Part shown: positions 26,635-36,842 of the stretch, piece after piece | Position numbering within the stretch: the stretch's first letter is position 1 | How the letters are laid out: every line of letters begins with the position of its first letter | DNA from: Spirochaetia bacterium | GTDB taxonomy: Bacteria; Spirochaetota; Spirochaetia; SZUA-6; Bin103 | Assembly (NCBI GenBank): GCA_965203515.1 | Contig: OZ241907.1 | Location: forward strand, 1,184,001-1,248,000 | Reading direction: 5' to 3' | Length of the DNA stretch: 64,000 nt | Position numbers and translations under genes: made by a program | Notes under the pieces: generated by a model | Told to the model about the DNA's origin: nothing | The model's input: only the letters and a program-made list of their open reading frames with translations | Databases searched by the model: none

Positions 26635-28616
26635 GCCGGCTCCGCCGCTGGCGGATCGTTGCGCTGCCGGTCCTGTGGATGGTGTGGATGGCGCTCGGTT
26701 CGTTCGCGGCCTCTGCCCAGGAGCTTGAAGCGCCCGCCCGTCAGACCGTGGAACGCGCGGCGCAGCAGGTCGCCGCCGTGGTCGCACGCGCGGTGCCCGA
26801 TCAGACCCACACGATCCTGTACGTCGAACCGGTGCTGACCGACGAGCAACGCCGGACGCGGCTCGGCGCTCGGCTGCGCGGCGTGCTGCAAGTGACGCTG
26901 GTGCGCCACTACCTCAAGACCCGCCTGCTCGAGCAGCCGACCGCCAGCGCTCCCACGGCAGCCGCGGTGCGCGTCGTGGTCGAGCTGCAGCCGTTCGATC
27001 ACCACGTGACCGCCCTGGTCCGGATCCTCGATCGCGACGGCCTGCTGGTCGATGCCGATCTGGTCGACATGCCGCGCTCTGCCGCCATTTCCGCGCTGCT
27101 GCAACCCGACACGTGGCTGGAGCCCGACGCGCCGCAGTTGACGCTCCCGGTCCCGGAGGAGGGACGCCCGGACCCGACGCCGTCCGAGCCGGCCTCGGAC
27201 CGCCCGGCGCCGCCGCAACCCCCGCCGTCCGAACCGACCTCGGACCGCCCGGCGCCGCCCGAACCTCCGCCGCCCGAACCGGCCTCGGACCGCCCGACGC
27301 CGCCGGAACCTCCGCCGCCCGAACCGGCCCCGGACCGCCCGACGCCGCCGCAACCTCCGCCGCCCGAACCGGCCCCGGACCGCCCGACGCCGCCGCAACC
27401 CCCGCCGCCCGAACCGGCCCCGGACCGCCCGGCGCCGCCGCAACCCCCGCCCGATCGCTTCCCGGCGCCGACGCCGCCGGAGCCGCCCCCCGCGCAAGCG
27501 CTCGCCGCTCCGGCGCCGCCGGCACCGCCGGCACCGCCCCCGGCCGACCCGACGCCTGGCCTGCCGGAAGACGCCTACGAGCCGGACGACGCCCCCGGAT
27601 TCGAGGTGCCGGTACCCGCGGTGGAGGACGTCCGCTTCGAACGGACCCTCACCGACGACGACCGCGACCGCTTCGAGTTGTCGCTGCCGGCGGCAGCCGC
27701 GGTCACCGTGGCGATCGAAGCGGAGATCGAAACGCTCATCGCCCTGTACCTGGCCGGGAACGCCGTCCCGATCGGCGTGCACGACCGCGGGTTCAGCGGC
27801 GTGCTGGAGGCCGGCGCCTACCTGATCGAGATATTGGCTGCCAACGCCGCGACGACCGGCGCTTACGCGCTCGCCGTCAGCACGTCGCCCGAGCCTGCGG
27901 AAGCGGCCGGCCCCGCCGAACCCGGCGCGCAGCCGGAAGCCGTCCTGCCGCCGAGCGGCTCGGCGCCGGCAGCGGAGGGGGCGGGAGGTGCCGAAGCGCT
28001 CGCTCAGGCGACGGAGCTGCAATCCGGAGAGTCGCAGGAGCGGCTGATGCGGCAGCCGCCGGAGTGGCTGCAGCTCACCGCCGACCCCGGATTCTACGGC
28101 GTGACGGTCACGTCGGCTGCGGAAACGCTGCGGGCCAGCCTGCATCGCACGCGCGATGAACCGGCGTTCCTGCAGCTCGTGCCGTCCGCCGCCGGGGAGC
28201 AGGTCGGCGCGCTGTTCATCGGCGCCGACCTGCCGGTCCTGCGGATAGACGCCCCGGAGGCCGATCCGGGACTGCGCTATTCGGTCGCCTTCGAGCCGGT
28301 CTCACCGCCGCGCGCGTTCGCGGATCAGACGTGGGTCGAGCAGGCCGAGCTCGGCTCGCTCAAGCACCACACGCTGCGGATCATCAGCCGGGACGTCTAT
28401 CAGTTGTCGATGGAGTCGGCGTCGACGTCGGCGGCATCGGCGGAAGTCGAGGTGCTCCACGTGCCCGCCATGCGCCGGGCGGCGCCGCAGGCAGCGGACG
28501 TCAGCCGCTTCGACTTGCCGCCGGGAGACTACCTGATCCTGCTCCGGCCGCTCGGTGAGGGTACGGTCGGCCGCGTCTGCTGGCACCTGGCGCAAGGATC
28601 GTGGAACTGCAGTTGA
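26619..28616 (+). CDS. Hypothetical secreted protein with Pro-rich repeat stalk and PPC-like beta domains
   Basis: Signal peptide ending ASA-QE; Pro-rich repeats; DAYEPDD...DDRDRF...LEAGAYLIEI resembles pre-peptidase C-terminal domains. Confidence 0.65.
   Translation: MDVVLSRLRRWRIVALPVLWMVWMALGSFAASAQELEAPARQTVERAAQQVAAVVARAVPDQTHTILYVEPVLTDEQRRTRLGARLRGVLQVTLVRHYLKTRLLEQPTASAPTAAAVRVVVELQPFDHHVTALVRILDRDGLLVDADLVDMPRSAAISALLQPDTWLEPDAPQLTLPVPEEGRPDPTPSEPASDRPAPPQPPPSEPTSDRPAPPEPPPPEPASDRPTPPEPPPPEPAPDRPTPPQPPPPEPAPDRPTPPQPPPPEPAPDRPAPPQPPPDRFPAPTPPEPPPAQALAAPAPPAPPAPPPADPTPGLPEDAYEPDDAPGFEVPVPAVEDVRFERTLTDDDRDRFELSLPAAAAVTVAIEAEIETLIALYLAGNAVPIGVHDRGFSGVLEAGAYLIEILAANAATTGAYALAVSTSPEPAEAAGPAEPGAQPEAVLPPSGSAPAAEGAGGAEALAQATELQSGESQERLMRQPPEWLQLTADPGFYGVTVTSAAETLRASLHRTRDEPAFLQLVPSAAGEQVGALFIGADLPVLRIDAPEADPGLRYSVAFEPVSPPRAFADQTWVEQAELGSLKHHTLRIISRDVYQLSMESASTSAASAEVEVLHVPAMRRAAPQAADVSRFDLPPGDYLILLRPLGEGTVGRVCWHLAQGSWNCS
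27186..27452 (+). repeat. Six 45-nt tandem coding repeats (EPAPDRPTPPQPPPP)
   Basis: Units start at 27186, 27231, 27276, 27321, 27366 and 27411. Confidence 0.92.
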
Positions 28617-28641
28617 CTGGAGCGCCCCCGGGTGCTATCCT
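28613..28641 (+). promoter_or_regulatory. Sigma70 promoter of the rpsF operon
   Basis: TTGACT, 17-nt spacer, TG-C-TATCCT extended -10. Confidence 0.7.
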
Positions 28642-28652
28642 TCGGCACTGTC

Positions 28653-28934
28653 GTGCGCGTCTACGAAGCTACGTTCATATTCAAACCGGAAGCCGATTCC
28701 GTCGATCGCGGCCAGGTATTGGTCAAAGAGGTCTTCACCAAGGCCGGCGGCACGTTCGTGGCCGAGGAAGACATGGGTGAGCGGCCGCTGGCCTACACCA
28801 TCAAGAAGGCCGACCGCGGCCGCTACGTCCACTATGAGATAGCGTCCGAGCCGACCGCGCTCCGCGATGCTGAGCGGGCCCTGCAGCTTGCGCCGGACAT
28901 CCTCAAGTACCTCATCGTCCGTAAGGAGGCGTGA
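28653..28934 (+). CDS. rpsF: 30S ribosomal protein bS6
   Basis: RVYEATFIF, MGERPLAYTIKK, ILKYLIVR; directly upstream of ssb. Confidence 0.93.
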   Translation: MRVYEATFIFKPEADSVDRGQVLVKEVFTKAGGTFVAEEDMGERPLAYTIKKADRGRYVHYEIASEPTALRDAERALQLAPDILKYLIVRKEA

Positions 28935-28935
28935 G

Positions 28936-29433
28936 ATGGACATCAATCACGTGGTCCTCGTCGGGCGCCTCACGCGCGATGCGGAGCTGCGATACACCAA
29001 CAGCGGCAGCGCGGTGGCCAATATCTCCCTGGCGATCAACACCCGCCGGCGCCGCGACGACCAGTGGGTCGACGAAGCCCACTTCTTCGACGCGGTCGTC
29101 TGGGGCAAGACCGCCGAGTCCCTGTCGCCGTACCTCACGAGAGGCAAGCAGATCGGCCTGGAGGGAGAGCTGCGGCAGAATCGATGGGAGCAGGACGGGC
29201 AACGGCGCAGCAAGGTGGAGATCTTCACGCGCAACATTCAACTGCTCGGCGGGCGCGATGGCGCAGGATCGGGCGGCGCGACCGGGCCGCGGGCGTCCGC
29301 CGATCGGATGGGAGCGGACCAGGGTCAGCCTGCCGGCCAGAGTGAGTATGGCGGCCCGGATGAGTACGGCGGCCCGGGTCAGTCCGGCGGCCAGGGTCAG
29401 TCCGGTGATCTCGGGGACGAAATACCCTTCTGA
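28936..29433 (+). CDS. ssb: Single-stranded DNA-binding protein
   Basis: DINHVVLVGRLTRDAELRYT; acidic tail DEIPF; AAGGAGG RBS. Confidence 0.97.
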   Translation: MDINHVVLVGRLTRDAELRYTNSGSAVANISLAINTRRRRDDQWVDEAHFFDAVVWGKTAESLSPYLTRGKQIGLEGELRQNRWEQDGQRRSKVEIFTRNIQLLGGRDGAGSGGATGPRASADRMGADQGQPAGQSEYGGPDEYGGPGQSGGQGQSGDLGDEIPF

Positions 29434-29505
29434 TCGACCTGATCGATGCCCTGATCAATGCCCGCCTGATTCCCGCGACCGTCCGATGCACCGGGTTCGG
29501 AAACG

Positions 29506-30534
29506 ATGAGTGACGCCGACGACGCGCGCGCCGTTCGTTCCTACTGGATCGAGGTGGTCCTGCTGGCGGTCGTCGCGGCGATCAGCTATCTGGTCATTCC
29601 CCTGATCGGACCGCTGTTCTGCCTCGTGCCGCTGCAGGCGCTGCTCGTCCGCCGCGGCATCGCGGCATTCGGCTACGGAGCGGCGCTGTTCGGGATCGTT
29701 GCGGTCTCGTTCCGACTGCTGACCGGCTTGGCGGGACTGCCGGACCAGGTCGCCTCCGGCCTGATGCGCGCCGAGGCCGTGGTGCTGATCCTGTTGATCG
29801 GCGGCCTGTACGCGATCGCCGCGCCCCGTTTCGGTCAATACCGCGCGCTGTACCGGCTGATGGGCGCCACCGTCGCCGCCGGCGTCGTCACCGCGCCGCT
29901 GATGGGCGGGTTTCTGGAGATCGCCGGCACCGCGGCGGAGTCGATCCTGTTGAACTGGGCGCAGAGCACCTCCGCTTCGCTCGGCGAAGAGCTGGCCGCC
30001 GACACGGTGACCGGCGCGCGAGCCATGGCCGCCTCCTTCCGGGAAATGACCCCCGGCATACTGCGGAGCTATCTGCTGATCTACTTCGTGTTCCTCACCG
30101 CCCAGTGGTGGATCGGCACGTCCGTGGGCGCCCGCAGCGCACGGATGCCGTCACCGCTCCGGCCGGTGACGCTGTTCCGGGCTCCCGACCGGCTCGTATG
30201 GGTGCTGGCGGGGAGCTTGGCCGTGGTGGCCCTCGATCAGACCGGAGCGCTCGACCAGACCGGTCTGGAACTGCTCGCCGCGGTCGCCTGGAACGCGGGC
30301 CTCGTGGCCGCGTTCGTGTTCGGCATCCAGGGGATCGCGATCATACGGGCGTTCGGCGCCCGCTACGGCCACTCCGGCACCACGACCGGTCTGGTGATCG
30401 GCGTGCTGCTGATCATCGGCGTCTTTGCACTGTCGTGGCTGTTGCTTATCATCGCCGCGTTCGGAGCTTCCGAGATCTGGGTCCCCTACCGGCAGCGCCT
30501 GCAGGCCGGGGGCCCGGATCGGGACGACGAATAG
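29506..30534 (+). CDS. DUF2232/YybS-like integral membrane protein
   Basis: Multi-TM protein with F-x-x-P-D-x-L-V-W and QGIAI motifs; usual position upstream of rplI. Confidence 0.7.
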   Translation: MSDADDARAVRSYWIEVVLLAVVAAISYLVIPLIGPLFCLVPLQALLVRRGIAAFGYGAALFGIVAVSFRLLTGLAGLPDQVASGLMRAEAVVLILLIGGLYAIAAPRFGQYRALYRLMGATVAAGVVTAPLMGGFLEIAGTAAESILLNWAQSTSASLGEELAADTVTGARAMAASFREMTPGILRSYLLIYFVFLTAQWWIGTSVGARSARMPSPLRPVTLFRAPDRLVWVLAGSLAVVALDQTGALDQTGLELLAAVAWNAGLVAAFVFGIQGIAIIRAFGARYGHSGTTTGLVIGVLLIIGVFALSWLLLIIAAFGASEIWVPYRQRLQAGGPDRDDE

Positions 30535-30592
30535 CGAACGACCGTGAACTCGACCGGCGCGATCCGGTCCGATACCTGATGCGAGGTGCCTG

Positions 30593-31045
30593 ATGAAGGT
30601 GATTCTGAATGCCGACGTCGTCGGTCTGGGCGAAGAGGGTGACGTCCACGAGGTGAAGCCCGGCTACGCGCGCAACTTTCTGATTCCCCGGCAACTGGCC
30701 CTGCCGCACACGCCGGAGAACGTGCGCGCGATCGAGCGCCGCGCCGCCGAGATCGAGGGGCGCAAGAAGCAGAAGCGCACCGACGCGGCCAGCCTCAAGG
30801 AGCGCCTGGAGGGCGAGCTGCTGGTGTTCGAGGTGGCCGCCGGTGAGACCGGCAAGCTGTTCGGATCGATTTCGAACGCGAACATCGCCGCCGAGCTCGA
30901 CAAGCTCGGCTACGGCATCGAACGCCGCCGCATCGACGTGCCGGGCCATTCGCTGCGCACCACCGGCGAGCACAGCGCGGCGGTACGGCTCTACGACAGC
31001 GAAGTGGCCACGCTCTCGATACGCATAGACCCCGCCCGGTCTTAG
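30593..31045 (+). CDS. rplI: 50S ribosomal protein bL9
   Basis: MKVIL, LGEEGD, VKPGYARNFLIP, GKLFGSI. Confidence 0.97.
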   Translation: MKVILNADVVGLGEEGDVHEVKPGYARNFLIPRQLALPHTPENVRAIERRAAEIEGRKKQKRTDAASLKERLEGELLVFEVAAGETGKLFGSISNANIAAELDKLGYGIERRRIDVPGHSLRTTGEHSAAVRLYDSEVATLSIRIDPARS

Positions 31046-31054
31046 TCGGCTCCC

Positions 31055-32389
31055 GTGGCTGACGGAGGGCTTCGCGACTCGGTCCCTCCTCACAACCAGG
31101 AAGCCGAGGTGGCGGCGCTCGGCGCGCTGCTGCTCAACGAGGAAGCGCTGCCGGTGGTCCTGCGCTACCTGCGGCCGGATGACTTCTACCGCCCCGCCCA
31201 CCGCCGGATCTTCGAGGCGATCGTCGCGCTGTTCAACCGCAGCGACCCGGTCGATCTGATCACGCTCACCGACGAGCTGGAACGCACCGCAGCTCTGGAC
31301 GCGAGCGGCGGCGCTTCGTATGTCTCCGGGCTCACCTCCGGCGTGCCGACCAGCGCCAACATCGAATACTACGCGCGCCTGGTGCAGGGATGCAGCCTGC
31401 GCCGGCGCATGCTGGCGCTGTCGGCGGAACTCTCCGCCGACGCACGCAACGCCGGCCGCGACGTGCGCGAGGTGATCGACGCTGCGGAACAGCACATCTT
31501 CGACCTGTCCGACCAGCAGCTCGCCGGCTCGTACCGGAGCGCGCGGGAGATCATCAGTCCAACCGTGGCCAAGATCGAAGCGATCTCCCGCTCCGGCGCC
31601 GCCTATACCGGCGTCCCCAGCGGCTATCCGGATCTCGACCGGCTCACCAGCGGCTTCCAGGAGTCGGAGTTCATCGTCATCGGCGCGCGCCCGTCGGTGG
31701 GCAAGACCGCGCTCGCGCTGTCGATGGCGACCAACATCGCGATCAGGGCGGATCAGCCGGTCGCCGTCGGGCTGTTCACCTTGGAGATGTCCGGCTTCGC
31801 CGTGATGCAGCGCGTGCTGGCCGGCGAGGCGCGGATCGATTCGACGCGCATCCGCTCGGGATTGCTGAACCCGTCGGACTGGCAGAAGATCACCGAGGCG
31901 GCGGGACGCATCTACGACGCGCCGCTGTACATCGACGACACGCCGGGACTGCGCCTGCTCGACCTGCGCGCCCAGGCGCGCCGCATGCGCGCCCGGAACG
32001 AAGTGCGCATCATCTTCATCGATTACCTGACCCTGGTCACCTCCGAGCATCTCGACCTGCCGCGCCACGAGCAGATCGCGGAGATCTCACGTTCGCTGAA
32101 GGCGCTGGCGCGGGAGCTCGACATCCCGGTGGTGGCGCTTTCGCAGGTGCGCCGCGAGACCGAAGGGCGGCGGCCGGCGCTGGCCGACCTGCGTGAATCC
32201 GGCTCCATCGAGCAGGATGCCGACGTGGTGATGTTCCTGCACCGGGAGCGTGAACCGGAAGGTCCGCGGATCGAGACCGACCTCATGGTTGCCAAGCAGC
32301 GCAACGGTCCCACCGAGGACGTCAAGCTGGCGTTCATCCCCCGGTTCGTGCGGTTCGAGTCATATCAGCACGGAGAGATCGAGGCGTAG
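31055..32389 (+). CDS. dnaB: Replicative DNA helicase
   Basis: PPHNQEAE, GARPSVGKT, IFIDYL, LSQVRR, DLRESGSIEQDAD, KQRNGP; no intein. Confidence 0.97.
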   Translation: MADGGLRDSVPPHNQEAEVAALGALLLNEEALPVVLRYLRPDDFYRPAHRRIFEAIVALFNRSDPVDLITLTDELERTAALDASGGASYVSGLTSGVPTSANIEYYARLVQGCSLRRRMLALSAELSADARNAGRDVREVIDAAEQHIFDLSDQQLAGSYRSAREIISPTVAKIEAISRSGAAYTGVPSGYPDLDRLTSGFQESEFIVIGARPSVGKTALALSMATNIAIRADQPVAVGLFTLEMSGFAVMQRVLAGEARIDSTRIRSGLLNPSDWQKITEAAGRIYDAPLYIDDTPGLRLLDLRAQARRMRARNEVRIIFIDYLTLVTSEHLDLPRHEQIAEISRSLKALARELDIPVVALSQVRRETEGRRPALADLRESGSIEQDADVVMFLHREREPEGPRIETDLMVAKQRNGPTEDVKLAFIPRFVRFESYQHGEIEA

Positions 32390-34577
32390 CTCCGAGGGGA
32401 TCGTCGCGCACGTAGCGGGCGCCGCCCGCCGATGTCCAGTATCGGTCGGGAGAGGTCACCAGCCACTCGAAGTCCCGCCAGACGCGCAGGTCGAGGTGGT
32501 GCGCCAACGTGTCCGCCGACCAGACGCTGAGCGTGCCGTCGGCGTTGGCTGCGTAGACCCGCCCTCGGTGGACCGTCACCCGCCGGGCTGCCCGGCCGGT
32601 AGCCTGCAAGGCCCGCACGCGCCGCCCGTCCCACGTGCGCACCTGCCCGGCCAGCGAGAAGAAGATCGGTCCTCCGGCCGCCTCGATCGCCACCGAGCCG
32701 CGCAGGTCTTCGCCGCCGACCACGAACAGCGTGCGGCGTTGCTCCAGACCGGGCCCGGCGTGCCGTGTCAGCGTGGTGCGGCTGACGGCGCCTTCGTGCA
32801 CGCCGAGCGAGTAGAGCGCCGCCGACCGCGCGTCGTACTCCAGATCGTAGACGAAGCTGCGCTGATCGGGCATCGCCACCGTCTCACCGGTCGCCGCGGC
32901 GACGGTCACGATCGAGGCGCCGGACGCGCCGAAGCCGGAAACCGCGGCGATCAAGACCGGCGCGCCGTTCCGCTCGCCGGCCACCACGTCGGCCGCGCCG
33001 GGAATCCTGGCGGTGAACAGCGGCTCGAACACGGCAGAGTCCGGCGCGGCCGATCCCGTATCGGGCGCGGCCGATTGCGCATCGGGCGCGCCCGATTGCG
33101 TATCCGGTGGGTCCGCGAACGCGCCGGCCCGCACCGTGAGCTGCGCGGCCTCGCCGCTGCGGTCGACCGCCGCGATCGTCCCGCCGGCGACGTCGAGATT
33201 CGCCAGGGGCGCCGCCAGCGCGCGCCGCGGCGGGTCGAGCCGGTCTTCCTGCAGGTGCAGCACCGCGATACCCGGTTCCTCGGCGGCCGACCAGACCAGC
33301 ACGCGGTCGGTGTCGAGCGCCGTGACCCGCGCCCGGCGGTCCGCGTCCGGTCCGAACGGACGCGGAAACACGTGCGCCTCGATATCGGTTCGCTCCCCCG
33401 CGGCGAGCCACAGCGGCGCGCCGAGGACGAAGTCGCCGGTGACGGTGACCACGCCGGCCTCGGTCCCGAGCGCGATGGTGCGGCCGGTCACCGCCACGTC
33501 GATGATCGCCAGCCGTTCATCGCGGGCGAGCACCGCGAACGCCGGATCGGATGCACGCAGGTCGAGCGCCAGGATCGTCCCGTCAGCCAAGCCGACGTAG
33601 ACCGCCTCTCGACCGTACGACAACGCCGCCGGCGCGCCCGCCACCCGCCGCGTCAGCACGGCGTCCTCGAAGCGGCCGGCCGTCACCGGCAGCACGTGCA
33701 GCGCCGGGCCGTGCTCGTCCTCCGCGATGGCCAGCACCCGGCCGGCGGCGTCCCAGAGCGCCATCAGCCGCAGGCCGTCGATGCGCCGCCGGTCGATCGC
33801 CGCGCCGTCTACCGCGTCGACCGACACCAGCCACTCCCCGGCGCGGCCGATCAGGTAGCGCCGGTCGGCGCTCAGTCCCAGACCGGTGAGGTCCGCCGGT
33901 ACCCGCAGGCTCTGCCGTATCTGCCCGGTGGCGCGGCTCCGATAGGTCAGCGATCCCGACGGCTGGTAGGTCAGCACCGTCTGTTCGTCGCGGGAACTGA
34001 CCGCGAAGGTGACGATGCCGGTCCCCCGTTCCAGCCCGGCTTGCCGATCGCCGGTCGCCGGGTCCAGGAGCCACAGGCCATCGAAGGCGGCGCGGCCGAC
34101 GAGCAGCGATCGCGCGGTGCGCGACAATCCCAGAAACAGCGTTCGATCGTCCTGCGGTACGCTGAACAGCGCGCGATCCCGTTCCCAGTCCCAGGCCGCC
34201 ACCCGTTCGCCGTCCGCGCCGCCGAGCGCGAGGTAGGCGCGCGGCAGCCGGGGGTGCGCCACGAGCGCCGACGGCACGCCGCCGGCCAGCGCCAACGAGC
34301 GCCGCAACGCTCCGTCGCCCGGATCCCACACCCGCAGGGTCCCGTCGGCGCCGGCGGAGATCAGCAGATCGCCGCCGCGCCACGGCGCCAGATGGGTCAC
34401 CGCGCCCCGGTGACCGGTGTCGAACCACAGCCCGCCGGGGGGGATGGAGCCGGACGCCCCCACGGTTTGCCGGTGCTCCGCCCCGGCCGCCGCGGTCACC
34501 AGCGCCAGGAGCGCCGCCGCGGCGGCGCGGCGAACCGCAGAATCGGCCCTCGACGGTGTCGGCCCGGACGCGCTCAA
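32334..34577 (-). CDS. Secreted WD40/beta-propeller repeat protein
   Basis: Signal peptide; GHRGAVTHL...LISAGADGTLRVWD; ANADGTLSVWS; TTGA coupling to rseP. Confidence 0.78.
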   Translation of the reverse strand: MSASGPTPSRADSAVRRAAAAALLALVTAAAGAEHRQTVGASGSIPPGGLWFDTGHRGAVTHLAPWRGGDLLISAGADGTLRVWDPGDGALRRSLALAGGVPSALVAHPRLPRAYLALGGADGERVAAWDWERDRALFSVPQDDRTLFLGLSRTARSLLVGRAAFDGLWLLDPATGDRQAGLERGTGIVTFAVSSRDEQTVLTYQPSGSLTYRSRATGQIRQSLRVPADLTGLGLSADRRYLIGRAGEWLVSVDAVDGAAIDRRRIDGLRLMALWDAAGRVLAIAEDEHGPALHVLPVTAGRFEDAVLTRRVAGAPAALSYGREAVYVGLADGTILALDLRASDPAFAVLARDERLAIIDVAVTGRTIALGTEAGVVTVTGDFVLGAPLWLAAGERTDIEAHVFPRPFGPDADRRARVTALDTDRVLVWSAAEEPGIAVLHLQEDRLDPPRRALAAPLANLDVAGGTIAAVDRSGEAAQLTVRAGAFADPPDTQSGAPDAQSAAPDTGSAAPDSAVFEPLFTARIPGAADVVAGERNGAPVLIAAVSGFGASGASIVTVAAATGETVAMPDQRSFVYDLEYDARSAALYSLGVHEGAVSRTTLTRHAGPGLEQRRTLFVVGGEDLRGSVAIEAAGGPIFFSLAGQVRTWDGRRVRALQATGRAARRVTVHRGRVYAANADGTLSVWSADTLAHHLDLRVWRDFEWLVTSPDRYWTSAGGARYVRDDPLGATPRSLRADMTRTARTGG

Positions 34578-35947
34578 CGCTGTCCCGCAAGGAACAGGAT
34601 GTCGCTCAGCGTTACCGATATCGCGACCAGGATCAGCACCGACACGCCGATCGTCTGGATGCGATAGACCACCGCCGGCTTGACGCGCCGGCCCAGGATC
34701 AACTCCACGCCGTACAGCACGATGTGACCGCCGTCGAGCGCCGGGATCGGCAGCAGGTTCATCAGGAACAGCACGACGCTGATCACGCTCAGGAAGCGCA
34801 GGAAGTCGGTGATGCCGGCGGCCAGTCCGTTCTGCAGGCCGCCGGTCGCCACCGCGCCCATGTAGTAGGTGAGCCGGAGCGGGCCGGCGACCGCGTCGCG
34901 CATGCCGCCGCTGAACAGCTGCCCGATCCCTTCGACCGTCGCCCGTACGGTGCGCCCCACCTCCCGGAGCGCCGCTCCCAGCGCCGGGACCGGAGCCGGC
35001 TCGCGGTAGCGGATCTCCGGGATCAGCAGGCGCGCGCCGGCCAACTCGACGCCCCCGGCGCGCACCGCCCAGGCCTGCGGCACCGTGACGGATCGCCCAC
35101 TCCGCTCGACCGTGAGCTCGACCGGGCTGCCGCTCCGCCGCAGCGCTTCGTGGAGGTCGACCGTGTGGGCGACGGCGACTCCATCGACGGCGACGATGCG
35201 GTCGCCGACCGCCAGTCGGGAGGAGCCGGCGCCGTCCACTACCGCGCCGTCCACTACCACGTCGTCCTCGATCGCGCCGATCACCGGGTCGATCCAGGCG
35301 TACACGCCGATCCGTCCGGTCCGCGACTCCGCGTCGAGCGCGGGCGTGACGGCGGCCGCGAGCGCGCGGCCGCCCCGTTCCACCGTGATCCGCAGCTCAC
35401 GCTCCGGCGCCGGCGATACCTCCCGGATGATGTCCTGAAAGCTGCGCACGCGCTGCCCGTCGATGGCGACGATGCGGTCACCGGTCCGCAGCCCCGCGCT
35501 CATCGCCGGCGAGTCCCGATCGACCGGCACCACGATGCGGTTGTCGGGCGAACGGATCGTGAAGCCGGTCCACGCCACGACGGCCAACACCAGCACCGCG
35601 AAGGCAAGGTTGGCGAGCGGTCCGGCGGCGACGATCGCGATCCGGCGCCAGGGGCTGGCCGCGAAGAAGGCGCCCGGCTCGGTCATGGCAGGCGTCCAGT
35701 CGTCCCCGGCGGCGCCGCGCAGCACCTCGTCGCCGCGCATCTTGCAGTAGCCGCCGAACGGGAACCACGAAAGCTGATACCACGTGCCGCCGCGCTGCAC
35801 CCCGGCCAGCCGCCGGCCCCAACCGATGGAGAAGATCTCGACGTGCACGCCCGCCGCGCGCGCCGCCAGGAAATGGCCCGATTCGTGCACCAGAATCATC
35901 ACGCCGAGCCCGATCACGCCGAAGGCGACGGTGAGCACCGTGTCCAC
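34574..35947 (-). CDS. rseP: RIP metalloprotease RseP
   Basis: HESGH, AGPLAN, two PDZ domains, NLLPIPALDGG. Confidence 0.95.
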   Translation of the reverse strand: MDTVLTVAFGVIGLGVMILVHESGHFLAARAAGVHVEIFSIGWGRRLAGVQRGGTWYQLSWFPFGGYCKMRGDEVLRGAAGDDWTPAMTEPGAFFAASPWRRIAIVAAGPLANLAFAVLVLAVVAWTGFTIRSPDNRIVVPVDRDSPAMSAGLRTGDRIVAIDGQRVRSFQDIIREVSPAPERELRITVERGGRALAAAVTPALDAESRTGRIGVYAWIDPVIGAIEDDVVVDGAVVDGAGSSRLAVGDRIVAVDGVAVAHTVDLHEALRRSGSPVELTVERSGRSVTVPQAWAVRAGGVELAGARLLIPEIRYREPAPVPALGAALREVGRTVRATVEGIGQLFSGGMRDAVAGPLRLTYYMGAVATGGLQNGLAAGITDFLRFLSVISVVLFLMNLLPIPALDGGHIVLYGVELILGRRVKPAVVYRIQTIGVSVLILVAISVTLSDILFLAGQR

Positions 35948-35965
35948 GCCGTTAAGCTAACACCG

Positions 35966-36832
35966 TCACGCCACTACCGCGTAGAACACCGGAGCGCCCA
36001 GCAGAATCGAGTCGATCGAATCCATCACGCCGCCGCGCCCCGGGACGTGGCGGCCGGAGTGCTTCACCGCGGCCGCCCGCTTGATGGCCGACTCCACCAG
36101 ATCCCCGGCGATGGTCGCGGTCCCCACCGCCGCCCCCAGACCGAGCGCCGCGACCGGGCCGAGCGGCAGCGCCTCCGGGAACAGCCGCGTCACCCCCGCC
36201 CCCAGCGCCAGCGCCATGACCGCCGACCCGGCGAACCCGACCACCGTCTTGTTGGGGCTGACCGGCAGACCGCAGGGGCGGGCGCGGGTGAGCCGGCCGG
36301 CCAGGTAGCCGGCGATGTCGGTGCCGAAGACCAGGATGAAGAAGGCGAGCAGCACCTCGCCGGCACGGTCCAGCGACGCCATCCTCACGACGTAGCTGAC
36401 CAGCAATCCCGGATACAGCAGCACCAGCACGGCCGCCGACGAGCGCTCGCGGATCGGCTCCTCCGCCGGGCGTGCGCTCGGCACCGTGCCGAGCAGCAGC
36501 AGCCCGCCGGCGCCGCCCGCCAGGTATGCGGTCATGGCATGCGGGCCGAGCGCGCCGGTGATCTGCAGATAGGTGACCGCCGGCACTCCCGCGCTCGCCG
36601 CGATCGCCGCGACGCGCGCGAGCGGGGGCCGGGCCGCGCCCGGCATCAGGCGCAACACCTCGTGCGCGGCGAACGCGGTGGCGACCGTAGTCGCTACGGC
36701 CAGCGCCACGTGCCGGTGTCCCGGCAGGAGCAGCGTCACGGCGATGAAGAACGGGACGGAGACGGCAAACAGGAGCAGGCGGCCGGCCGTCTCCCGGCGG
36801 TCGGGCTCCGGCGATCTCCCGCGTCCCCGCAC
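35966..36832 (-). CDS. cdsA: Phosphatidate cytidylyltransferase
   Basis: DIAGYLAG, SPNKT, GDLVESAIKR, PGRGGVMDSIDS. Confidence 0.9.
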   Translation of the reverse strand: MRGRGRSPEPDRRETAGRLLLFAVSVPFFIAVTLLLPGHRHVALAVATTVATAFAAHEVLRLMPGAARPPLARVAAIAASAGVPAVTYLQITGALGPHAMTAYLAGGAGGLLLLGTVPSARPAEEPIRERSSAAVLVLLYPGLLVSYVVRMASLDRAGEVLLAFFILVFGTDIAGYLAGRLTRARPCGLPVSPNKTVVGFAGSAVMALALGAGVTRLFPEALPLGPVAALGLGAAVGTATIAGDLVESAIKRAAAVKHSGRHVPGRGGVMDSIDSILLGAPVFYAVVA

Positions 36833-36842
36833 ACCCGGCTCC

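Noticed and set aside
32334..32389. Convergent 3' overlaps (dnaB/WD40 56 nt; GH127-like/nfo 19 nt)
   Set aside because: Short tail-to-tail overlaps are common in GC-rich genomes where stop codons are sparse.
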